From NCBI GenBank assembly GCA_963771645.1, contig CAVYUH010000014.1, positions 62,146 to 126,145 of the forward strand: DNA of 64,000 nt, in the 5' to 3' direction. Origin of the DNA: an uncultured Actinomycetota bacterium (GTDB lineage: Bacteria; Actinomycetota; Actinomycetes; Actinomycetales; Microbacteriaceae). The notes below the pieces were generated by a model that worked only from the letters and a program-made list of their open reading frames with translations, was not told the origin of the DNA and did no database searches. A program made the position numbers and the translations under genes. This document shows, piece after piece, positions 1 through 8,313 of the stretch. How positions within the stretch are numbered: the stretch's first letter is position 1; every line of letters begins with the position of its first letter.

Positions 1-520
1 GCTGCGCGAGCTCGTCCATCGGATCGGCCTGCTGCGCGTCGAGCTCGACGAGGTTCGACTCGACCTCGCGGAGCACCTTGCCCACCGCGATGCCGAAGAC
101 GCCCTGGCCGCGGCTGACGAGGTCGATGACCTCCTCGCTCGAGGTGCACAGGTACACGCTCGCGCCGTCGCTCATGAGCGTCGTCTGCGCGAGATCCGTG
201 ATGCCCGAGTCCCGCAGCTGATCCACCGCTGTGCGGATCTGCTGCAGCGAGATCCCGGTGTCCAGAAGCCGTTTGACCAGCTTCAGCACCAGGATGTCGC
301 GGAACCCGTACAACCGCTGCGAACCACTCCCCGCCGCCCCACGGATCGTCGGCTCGACCAGTCCGGTCCTCGCCCAATAGTCGAGCTGCCGGTACGTGAT
401 CCCCGCGGCACGCGCGGCGATGACGCCTCGGTACCCTGCGGAGTCGTCCAACTCCGGCATGCCGTCTGTGAACAGCAGGCCGAGGTCGTACCGGTCTTCG
501 CTCCGATTCACCTCAGTCAT
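1..520 (-). CDS. MerR-family regulator, Rv1830-like (3' end outside window)
   Basis: Hand translation from ATG at 520: MTEVNRSEDRYDLGLLFTDG...GYRGVIAARAAGITYRQLDYWARTGLVEPTIRGAAGSGSQRLYGFRDILVLKLVKRLLDTGISLQQIR; conserved position after garA/ftsR. Confidence 0.9.
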   Translation of the reverse strand, partial: MTEVNRSEDRYDLGLLFTDGMPELDDSAGYRGVIAARAAGITYRQLDYWARTGLVEPTIRGAAGSGSQRLYGFRDILVLKLVKRLLDTGISLQQIRTAVDQLRDSGITDLAQTTLMSDGASVYLCTSSEEVIDLVSRGQGVFGIAVGKVLREVESNLVELDAQQADPMDELAQ

Positions 521-663
521 GAAGGAACTGCCTTCCACCCCCCACACGCTCCCGTCAACGACGGGACCGCGTTCGGGGGTTCACGCTACCCATGGGATGC
601 GCCCCCGGCAACGACATCCGGAATCCGGGTGGCGGCGTGTCGGGCGGCTTCATGCGGATCCGG

Positions 664-1365
664 CTACGAGGCGTGCTTCGCGAGGGCGGACCTGACGAGG
701 GCGGATCGCACCGTGTCCAGGCGATTCGCGAGCTCGACGGCACGCTCGTCGGCCTTCGCGCGGCTCGCCGCGTCGGGCCTGCGGCGCATCGGGAGCAGCG
801 CGTTCGCGATGAGCTCGAGCTCCCGCTCGACCGCGATCCGCATCGCCCGGAGGTGCCGCGGCTCGATGCCTGCGCTGCGGAGGTCGACGAGGGCCTTCAG
901 GGTGCTGAGCCCGGTGTCGTCGTAGCTGTCGGTCGCGGGCAGCAGCCCGGCGGCGACCGCGTCGCTGAGCAGGTCACCGCTCGCCTCGGTCTCGGCGAGC
1001 AGCTCCTCGCGCGTGTAGCGCCGCTCGGTGCCGAGGATCGACGGCGAGCCCGCCGCGGTGCCAGGCCACGCCGGGTCGCGACCCGCGTCGAGGTCCGCGA
1101 GGTACTTGCGGATGACCTTCAGCGGGAGGTAGTGGTCGCGCTGCATGAGCAGCACGAGCTTGATCCGCTCGATGTCCGCGGGCGAGAAGCTGCGGTAGCC
1201 GGATGCGGTGCGGGCCGGGTGGATGAGCCCGCGGTCCTCGAGGAACCGCAGCTTCGACGGGCTGAGCTCCGGGAAGTCGTCCGCCAGCCTGCCGAGCACC
1301 TGCCCGATCGAGAGCGTGTTCGGCAGCGTCGCCGGTTCGCGGCGCTGCGGCAGGGTGGCGCTCAC
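664..1365 (-). CDS. ftsR: MerR-family regulator, FtsR/Rv1828-like
   Basis: LSIGQVL...SKLRFLEDRGLIHPARTASGYRSF...QRDHYLPLKVIR; GTGA overlap with garA. Confidence 0.85.
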   Translation of the reverse strand: MSATLPQRREPATLPNTLSIGQVLGRLADDFPELSPSKLRFLEDRGLIHPARTASGYRSFSPADIERIKLVLLMQRDHYLPLKVIRKYLADLDAGRDPAWPGTAAGSPSILGTERRYTREELLAETEASGDLLSDAVAAGLLPATDSYDDTGLSTLKALVDLRSAGIEPRHLRAMRIAVERELELIANALLPMRRRPDAASRAKADERAVELANRLDTVRSALVRSALAKHAS

Positions 1366-1841
1366 CGGGACGCGAGCCGGGCGAGGTCGAGCCGGGATGC
1401 GTAGAACGTGAGGCGGAACTTGCCGATCTGCACCTCGGCGCCGTCGGACAGCAGGGCCGTCTCGATCCGGACGCCGTCGAAGAAGGTGCCGTTCAGGCTG
1501 CCGAGGTCCTTGACCTCGAACGCCGTGCCGTGGCGCAGGAACTGCGCGTGCCGGCGGGACACCGTGACGTCGTCGAGGAAGATGTCCGCCGACGGGTGGC
1601 GACCGGCGACGGTCACGTCCGAGTCGAGCAGGAACCGGGCCCCCACGTTCGGCCCGCGGCGCACGACCAGCAGGGCGGACCCGGACGGGAGCGCGCCGAC
1701 GGCGGCCTGCTCCTCCGTGGAGCGGCCTGCCATCTGGGCCAGCTGCGAGCCGAACTCGTAGCCGAACGACGCGGTCGTCTCGGGCCCCGAGTACTGGTCC
1801 TCGCGCCGCCCCTTGGGGCGGCCGTCGCGCTCATCGACCAT
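1362..1841 (-). CDS. garA: FHA domain protein GarA/OdhI
   Basis: N-terminal ETTASF phospho-motif; FHA motifs GRHPSADIFLDDVTVSRRHA and DLGSLNGT. Confidence 0.92.
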   Translation of the reverse strand: MVDERDGRPKGRREDQYSGPETTASFGYEFGSQLAQMAGRSTEEQAAVGALPSGSALLVVRRGPNVGARFLLDSDVTVAGRHPSADIFLDDVTVSRRHAQFLRHGTAFEVKDLGSLNGTFFDGVRIETALLSDGAEVQIGKFRLTFYASRLDLARLASR

Positions 1842-1867
1842 CGGGCGACCTCCTCTGGCGGATCAGG

Positions 1868-2467
1868 TTAGCGGACGGCTCCGGCGTGTCGTTCCGCCGC
1901 AGGACGAAGGTCCTTCGGCTGGCGACCGCGTAGCCGATGCCGGCCACCCAGTAGAGCACCGCGCCGACCACGGCGACGACGATGCCCGACCGGCCCCAGG
2001 ATCCACGCGGTCGCGGGGAACGCGCCGGCGACGACGAGCAGCGGGAGGGCCGCCAGCAGCAGGAACGTGGCGGTCTTGCCCCGCCAGGTGACCGCCGGCG
2101 GCCCGATCCGGTTGCGGGCGAGCACGAGGCCGAGCACGAGCATGCCGACGTCGCGGGCGAGCACGACGAGCAGCAGCCAGAGCGGCAGGAAGTGCCGGTA
2201 GGTGAGCCCGATCGTCGCGGACAGGATGGTGAGCCGGTCGGCGATCGGATCGAGCAGCGTGCCGAGCTTCGTCACCTGATGCAGCCGCCGGGCGAGGAAG
2301 CCGTCGAGGAAGTCCGTGACGGCACCGGCGACGAGGGTCACGAGTGCGAGCACGTCCTGGCCCGTGATGAGGAAGCCGAGGAAGACCGGGATGAGCGCGA
2401 GGCGCAGCAGCGAGAGCAGGTTCGGGATGGTGAGCAGCTCGTCGCTCACCGGCTCGTCGCTCGGCAT
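1868..2467 (-). CDS. CDP-alcohol phosphatidyltransferase (PgsA2-like); probable indel near 3' end
   Basis: TIPNLLSLLRL...TDFLDGFLARRLHQVTKLGTLLDPIADR signature; start MPSDEP at 2467 after a TAGACT -10. Confidence 0.88.
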   Translation of the reverse strand: MPSDEPVSDELLTIPNLLSLLRLALIPVFLGFLITGQDVLALVTLVAGAVTDFLDGFLARRLHQVTKLGTLLDPIADRLTILSATIGLTYRHFLPLWLLLVVLARDVGMLVLGLVLARNRIGPPAVTWRGKTATFLLLAALPLLVVAGAFPATAWILGPVGHRRRRGRRGALLGGRHRLRGRQPKDLRPAAERHAGAVR

Positions 2468-2525
2468 GGGGGTCGAGTCTACGGAACCGGGCTGGGCGTC
2501 GGAGGCGGCCGGTACGGTGGCGCGC

Positions 2526-2975
2526 ATGTCGTGCATCCGGTTCACCACCTCCGCGCAGCGGACGCAGATGCGCGATGCGGGCCCGGCGCTCGCGGCGGAG
2601 GACGCGGCGGTGCTGCACCTCGCGCCGCCGGTGACCGAGAGCAAGATCGCGCGCCTGCGGCTGCTCGCCCGGCACGCGAGCGGCGGCATCCGGCAGAGCG
2701 TCGCATCGAACCGGCACGCTCCGGCCGACCTGCTCGCCGAGCTCGCCGCGGATCCGGATGCGGCGGTGCGCGGCGAGGTGGCCCGCAACGAGGCCGCGCC
2801 GGTCGCGCTGGTCGAGGCCCTCGCGCAGGACGGGGACCCGCGGGTGCGGTGCTGGGCGGTGCTGAACCCCGGTCTGCCCGCCGCAGCGGTGCCCGCGCTG
2901 CTCGACGACCCGGACGCCCAGGTGCGGCGGCTCGCCGGCTGGCGGCGGGAGCACGCCGCCGGTCTGAGCGCCTAG
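2526..2975 (+). CDS. Small HEAT/LRV-type helical repeat protein
   Basis: Repeats LAADPDAAVRGEVARN / LAQDGDPRVRCWAVLN / LLDDPDAQVRRLA. Confidence 0.7.
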   Translation: MSCIRFTTSAQRTQMRDAGPALAAEDAAVLHLAPPVTESKIARLRLLARHASGGIRQSVASNRHAPADLLAELAADPDAAVRGEVARNEAAPVALVEALAQDGDPRVRCWAVLNPGLPAAAVPALLDDPDAQVRRLAGWRREHAAGLSA

Positions 2976-3859
2976 TCGAGCTGCGCGAGCAGCCGGGACG
3001 GCCCGAGCACCTCGACGGCCCCGGCCGCGCGGACCCGGTCGGCGAGCTCCCGATCGGCGGTGACGACGCGGACCTGCCTGCCTCGCGCGGTGAGGGCCGC
3101 GGTCTGCGCGACGATCTCGTCGTCGCCCGAGCCGGATGCGACGACCGCGGTCAGCGGCGCCGGTGCACCGGCGGCCGCGGCGCGTGCCTCTCCCTCGAGC
3201 ACGGCGACGACCTCCGGCCAGTGCGCGACGACCGGCAGCGCACCCTCGCCCTCTGCCGGGAAGCCGCGCTGGGCCCGACGCGCGACTGCCTCCAGGAGGC
3301 GTGCTGCGGCACCGGCTCGGTCCTTCCACCAGCCGTCGGGCCGGGAGCCGACCACGTTCGCGACGTCGACGACGAGGGCCGGCCGGACCGCGAGGAGGGC
3401 CTGCAGGTGCGGCCACGCGTCCGCGAACCCCGGGTGCAGCGGCAGGTCGGCGACGGCGTCGACCGGCACCCACTCGAGCGCGGTGCTCTCGGGGTCCGAC
3501 ACCGCGATCGGCAGCGCCGACGGGGCGTCCGCCGCGATCGTCGTGTACGTCCAGACGTCCATGTCGAGCCGGACCGCGAACCGCGGCCGCAGCAGCGCGG
3601 TGTCGATCCCGGTCTCCTCGCGCGCCTCGCGGAGCGCGCCGTCGACCGCCGACTCCCCCACGTTCCGGGCGCCGCCCGGCAGGCCCCAGGTGCCGCCGAA
3701 GTGGCTCCACTGCACGCGGTGCTGCAGCAGGACCGCGTCATCGGGAGTGACCGCGAGCAGCCCGGAGGCGCCGGCGAGCCCCCAGAAGCGCCGGCCGTCG
3801 GGCAGCTCGACCCAGCCGTCGCCGCTGCCGCGCGGGCGGTGCGGCGGCACGGTCGACAT
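2972..3859 (-). CDS. NUDIX hydrolase fused to C-terminal NYN/PIN-like domain
   Basis: Nudix box GGARNVGESAVDGALREAREETGI; C-terminal VVDVANVVG...VLEG...SGDDEIV...VVTADREL. Confidence 0.8.
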   Translation of the reverse strand: MSTVPPHRPRGSGDGWVELPDGRRFWGLAGASGLLAVTPDDAVLLQHRVQWSHFGGTWGLPGGARNVGESAVDGALREAREETGIDTALLRPRFAVRLDMDVWTYTTIAADAPSALPIAVSDPESTALEWVPVDAVADLPLHPGFADAWPHLQALLAVRPALVVDVANVVGSRPDGWWKDRAGAAARLLEAVARRAQRGFPAEGEGALPVVAHWPEVVAVLEGEARAAAAGAPAPLTAVVASGSGDDEIVAQTAALTARGRQVRVVTADRELADRVRAAGAVEVLGPSRLLAQLD

Positions 3860-3900
3860 GCTGCTCACCGTAGGCGCCGCGCGCTGAAGGGGCGACGAGA

Positions 3901-3934
3901 CGGCGGCCCGCCCGGTTCCCCGGACGGGCCGCCG
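3901..3934 (-). terminator. GC-rich hairpin just after the PTS gene stop
   Basis: CGGCGGCCCG(3901-3910) pairs with CGGGCCGCCG(3925-3934); no U-tract, as is common in actinobacteria. Confidence 0.55.
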
Positions 3935-3943
3935 CGACGCGGG

Positions 3944-5984
3944 TCAGGCGGCGACCGGCTGGAGCGTCGGCGGCGGCGGGCGACCTCGACCTCGGCCGCC
4001 TCCGGCGGCCGCCGGGCCGCACGAACCGCTTCAGCGCCACGAGGGTGAAGCCCGTGATGGCCGCCCCGATCAGGATCGTGAGGATCCACAGCACCGGGTC
4101 GTCGATCGCGAAGAACACGAAGATCCCGCCGTGCGGCGCGTGGCTCTTCAGCGCGAGCGCCATGGAGAGGCCGCCGGTCACGGCGCCGCCGAGCATGCAC
4201 GACGGGATGACGCGCAGCGGGTCGGCGGCCGCGAACGGGATCGCGCCCTCCGAGATGAAGGAGGCGCCGAGCAGCCAGGCGGCGGCGCCGTTCTCGCGCT
4301 CCACCTCGCTGAACCCGCGCCGGTACAGGACCGTCGAGGCGAACGCCATGCCGAGCGGCGGGACCATGCCCGCGGCCATGACGGCCGCCATGATCTCGAA
4401 GTTCGCCGCGGTCCCGCCCGCCAGGCCGGCGACCGCGAACGCGTAGGCGACCTTGTTCACCGGGCCGCCGAGGTCGAAGCACATCATCAGCCCGAGCACG
4501 ACGCCGAGCAGGATGGCCGCGGCGCCGCTCATGTTCGTCAGCGCCGTGTTCAGCGCGGTCGTCAGGGCGGCGATGGGGGCCCCGAGCACGAGCAGCATCA
4601 GCCCGGAGGCGACGATGGAGGCGCCGAGCGGGATGATCACGACCGGCATCAGGCCGCGGAGGAAGCGCGGCACGGCCGGCTTGCCGATCCAGTAGGCCGC
4701 GTAGCCGGCGAGGAGACCGCCGACGATGCCGCCGAGGAAGCCCGCGCCGAGGAACACCGAGATCGCGCCCGCGACGAAGCCGGGTGCGATGCCGGGACGG
4801 TCCGCGATCGCGTAGGCGATGTAGCCGGCGAGCGCCGGGACGAGGAAGCCGAAGCTCGCGCCCCCGATCTCGAACGCGGCGGCGCCGAGGTAGTAGAGGA
4901 GCCCCTGCGGCGGCAGGTGGCCGAGGTTGAAGTTCTGCAGGGTGAAGACCGCGTTGCTGACGCCGGTGGTCCCGTGGGTGAGCGCGATCCCGTAGCCGGC
5001 GAGCAGGAAGCCGAGGGCGATCAGCAGGCCGCCTCCCGCGACGAACGGGATCATGTAGCTCACGCCGGTGAGCAGGATGCGCTTGATCGCCGCGCCGATG
5101 CTCTCACCGGGTCGCGAGCCGGTCCGCGCGGCCGCCGTCCCGCCGCCCTGCACGCGCTCGGCGTTCGGGTCGGATGCGGCCGCGAGCGCCTCCCGCACCA
5201 TGTCGGCCGGGTGGTCGATGCCGCGCTTCACCGGCGCCTGCACGACCGGCTTGCCGGCGAACCGCTGCTTGTCCCGCACGTCGACGTCGTTCGCGAAGAT
5301 CACGGCGCCGGCACGGGCGATGAGGGCCGGGTCCAGCGGCGTCGAGCCGGCCGAGCCCTGCGTCTCGATGTGCAGGTCGACGCCGAGCTGCTTCGCCGCG
5401 TTGGTCAGCGCATCCGCCGCCATGTAGGTGTGCGCGATGCCCGTCGCGCAGGACGTCACACCGACGAGCACCGGCCGGTCCTCGGTGACGGTCGTGGGCG
5501 TTGCGGCCGCGGCGGGTGCGGCCGCCGGCTCGTCCGCCGTGGCCTCCTCGACCAGCTCGACGATCCGTTCCGGGGTGGGGGCGCTGCGGAGCGCCGCGGT
5601 GAAGTCGTCGCGGATGAGGGAGCGGGCGAGCTTCGAGAGCACCTGCAGGTGCAGCTCCCCGGCGCCCTCAGGCGCGGCGATGAAGAACGCGATGTCCGCG
5701 GGCCCGTCGAAGGCGCCGAAGTCGACGGCCGGCTTCAGGCGCGCCATCGCGAGCGTCGGCACGGAGACGGAGGTGGAGCGGCAGTGCGGGATGGCGATGC
5801 CGCCGGGCACGCCGGTGTCGGTCTTCTGCTCGCGGGCCCACGCGTCGGCGAACAGCGCCTCGGCGTCGGAGGCGCGGCCGGCGCCGACGACGAGGTCGGC
5901 GAGGGCGCGGATGACGTCGCGGCGCTCGGCGCCGAGGTCGGCGTCGAGGGCCACGAGGCCGGTGGTGATGAGAGGGACGGTCAT
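3944..5984 (-). CDS. fruA: PTS fructose-family EIIABC (C-terminal tail has indels)
   Basis: IIA GIAIPHCR; IIB CATGIAHTYMAA...ETQGS; IIC TGVSYMIPFVAGGG, DLGGPVNKVAY, FISEGAIPFAAADP; TGA at 3944-3946 followed by hairpin. Confidence 0.9.
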
Positions 5985-6000
5985 GTGGGGGGCTCCGGAA

Positions 6001-6786
6001 TCAGGTGGCGACGACGACCTCGACGCCCGCGTCGGCGAGTGCCGCCGCGAGGTCGTGGCCGGGGGGCGCATCGGTGACGAGCGTGTCGATGTCGGCGAGC
6101 TCGGCGAAGCGCAGGAGGGACTCGTCGCCGTGCTTGGAGGCGTCGACGAGTGCGATGGCGCGCCGGGCGGAGCGGACGATCGCGGCCTTGACCGCCGCCT
6201 CCCGCTCATCCGGCGTGGACAGGCCGAAACCGGCCGAGAGGCCGTTCGCGCCGAGGAAGGCGAGGTCGGGGCGCACGCGGGCGAACCCCTCGACGGTGAC
6301 GGCGCCGACGGCGGCGCTGGTGGTGGGCCGCACCACGCCGCCGACCGAGTGCACGGCGAGCGCGGGGTTCCCCTGCAGCACGCCGATGAGGGGCACGGCG
6401 TTCGTGATGACGTCGAGCACGCCCTCGCCGCGGGAGGGCCGCCAGTCGGCGAGCAGCTCGGCGAGCGCCCCGGTCGTGGAGCCCGCGTCGAGGGCGATGG
6501 AGGCCGGCGTCCGGGTTGGCACGAGGGCGAGGGCCGCCCGGGCGATCGCGCGCTTCGCGGCGCTGTTGCGCTGCTGCCGCTCCGGCAGGGTGGGCTCGAC
6601 GGCGCTGCCGCGGCGGACCGCGCCGCCGTGCACGCGCCGCAGCATGCCGGCGTCCTCGAGCGCGTCGAGGTCGCGGCGGATGGTCTCGCCGGTGACGTCG
6701 AGCGTGTGCGCGAGGTCCGCGACCGAGACCCGGCCGGCCGAGTCGAGCTCGCCCAGGATCCTCGCGTGCCGCTCCGTCGCGTACAT
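6001..6786 (-). CDS. DeoR/GlpR-family regulator (FruR-like)
   Basis: MYATERHARIL...ETIRRDLDALE...RRVHGGA; DAGSTT sensor motif; directly upstream of PTS gene. Confidence 0.9.
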   Translation of the reverse strand: MYATERHARILGELDSAGRVSVADLAHTLDVTGETIRRDLDALEDAGMLRRVHGGAVRRGSAVEPTLPERQQRNSAAKRAIARAALALVPTRTPASIALDAGSTTGALAELLADWRPSRGEGVLDVITNAVPLIGVLQGNPALAVHSVGGVVRPTTSAAVGAVTVEGFARVRPDLAFLGANGLSAGFGLSTPDEREAAVKAAIVRSARRAIALVDASKHGDESLLRFAELADIDTLVTDAPPGHDLAAALADAGVEVVVAT

Positions 6787-6870
6787 GTCCGCCTCCGCGC
6801 CGGCATCGATGCCGACCATCTGTGTTCGTGTGAGGCTACGCCTCAATCCCACAGATGTGAAGATGCAAAC

Positions 6871-6890
6871 GCAGATGTTTCAACATCTGC
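6871..6890. promoter_or_regulatory. Perfect dyad GCAGATGTT-TC-AACATCTGC; candidate DeoR operator (or terminator of upstream gene)
   Basis: 9-bp perfect inverted repeat in an AT-richer intergenic stretch; related CATCTGTG/CACAGATG copies at 6817-6824 and 6850-6857. Confidence 0.5.
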
Positions 6891-6901
6891 CCCGTGCCGG
6901 C

Positions 6902-7885
6902 TCAGCGGGCGGCGGCCACCAGGCGATCGAAGGCCGCGTCGAGGTCGGCGTCCACCTGCTGGGCGTCCGGATGCGCGTCGTACCAGGCCAGCACGCGCCG
7001 GGCACCGACGGCGTACGGGATGGTCGTCGTGAACTCGGGCACGATCCTGCGCAGCTTCGTGGTGTCGAAGAGCATCGAGTGCGCCTTGTCGCCGATCAGC
7101 CCGTCGCCGCGGTCGGGCAGCGCCGCGGCGATCGTCTCGGAGGCCACGTGCACGAGGTCCGCTGACGCCCCCGCCGCCTGCCCGAGCCACGTGTAGACCT
7201 GGTTCCAGGTCGGGGCGGACTCCCCCGTGATCGTGTAGGCGTTGCCGATCGTCTCCGGCCGCGCGAGCAGGCCGGTGAACCCGACGGCGAAGTCGTCGGA
7301 GTGCGTCAGCGTCCACTGGGTGGTGCCGTCGCCGTGCACGACGACGGGCTTGCCGGCCCGCATCCGCGCGATGTCGGTCCAGCCGCCGAGGGTCGGGAGC
7401 GTGGTGTCGTCGTAGGTGTGCGACGGCCGCACGATGACGGCGGGGAAGCCGGCGTCTCGGTAGGCGGCGACGAGCAGGTCCTCGCACGCGATCTTGTCCC
7501 GGGAGTACTGCCAGAACGGGTTCTTCAGCGGCGTCGACTCGGTGACCGGCACCGAGGCGGGCGGCTTCTGGTACGCGGACGCGCTCGAGATGAAGACGTA
7601 CTGGCCGGTGCGGCCCGCGAACCGCTCGATGTCGGGCTGCACGTGGTCGGTCGTGAAGGCGAGGAACTGCGCGACCGCGTCGAACTCGCGGTCCCCGAGC
7701 GCCTCGTCGACCGCCTGCTGGTCGCGGACGTCGGCGACGAGCACCTCGACCTCCGACGGCAGCGGGCGGATGCTCGTCCGCCCTCGGTTCAGCACGGTCA
7801 CGGTGTCGCCGCGCTCGACGGCGAGGCGGACGCTGGCGGCGCTGATGACGCCGGAGCCGCCGATGAACAGGATGCGAGAGGTCAC
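6902..7885 (-). CDS. NAD-dependent epimerase/dehydratase (extended SDR)
   Basis: ILFIGGSGVIS; YVFISSASAY; YSRDK. Confidence 0.85.
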   Translation of the reverse strand: MTSRILFIGGSGVISAASVRLAVERGDTVTVLNRGRTSIRPLPSEVEVLVADVRDQQAVDEALGDREFDAVAQFLAFTTDHVQPDIERFAGRTGQYVFISSASAYQKPPASVPVTESTPLKNPFWQYSRDKIACEDLLVAAYRDAGFPAVIVRPSHTYDDTTLPTLGGWTDIARMRAGKPVVVHGDGTTQWTLTHSDDFAVGFTGLLARPETIGNAYTITGESAPTWNQVYTWLGQAAGASADLVHVASETIAAALPDRGDGLIGDKAHSMLFDTTKLRRIVPEFTTTIPYAVGARRVLAWYDAHPDAQQVDADLDAAFDRLVAAAR

Positions 7886-7913
7886 GGACCGATCCTCGCG
7901 CACCCGCCTGGGC

Positions 7914-8288
7914 TCAGTCCCTGGATCCGGGCCTCGTCCGCGGCGCGGCCGTCGGGTGCTCCTCCGCCTCGGCGGCCGACTCGTTGGCGTCCGGCTCCTC
8001 GAGCGTCTTCACGATGTCCTGCTCCGGGACCGGCGAGAGCCGGTCCCAGACGAGGAAGAGCGCCCCGACGACGAGCATCGCGATGCCCGTCCACAGGTTG
8101 ATGGCGATCCCGCCCGTCTTCGCCACGTCCTGGGCCGGCTGCACGATGCCGACGATCGTCGTCAGCACGCCGTAGAGGAGGAACAGGGCGCCGAGGATGC
8201 GGCGGAGGTCGAACCGCCTCGTCGAGGCGATGAGGCGGCGCTTCTCCTCCTCGTTCGAGGTGCGGTTCCGAGTGGACTGCTCAGCCAT
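7914..8288 (-). CDS. Small two-TM protein associated with the SSS transporter
   Basis: FDLRRILGALFLLYG...INLWTGIAMLVVG; 25 bp after the symporter. Confidence 0.75.
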   Translation of the reverse strand: MAEQSTRNRTSNEEEKRRLIASTRRFDLRRILGALFLLYGVLTTIVGIVQPAQDVAKTGGIAINLWTGIAMLVVGALFLVWDRLSPVPEQDIVKTLEEPDANESAAEAEEHPTAAPRTRPGSRD

Positions 8289-8313
8289 GCGCGGATCTCC
8301 TGTCGGGACCGGA

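Noticed and set aside
3738-6806. 1022-aa ORF spanning DeoR, PTS and NUDIX
   Set aside because: N-terminal part is off-frame to deoR and the tail is indel read-through; three separate genes
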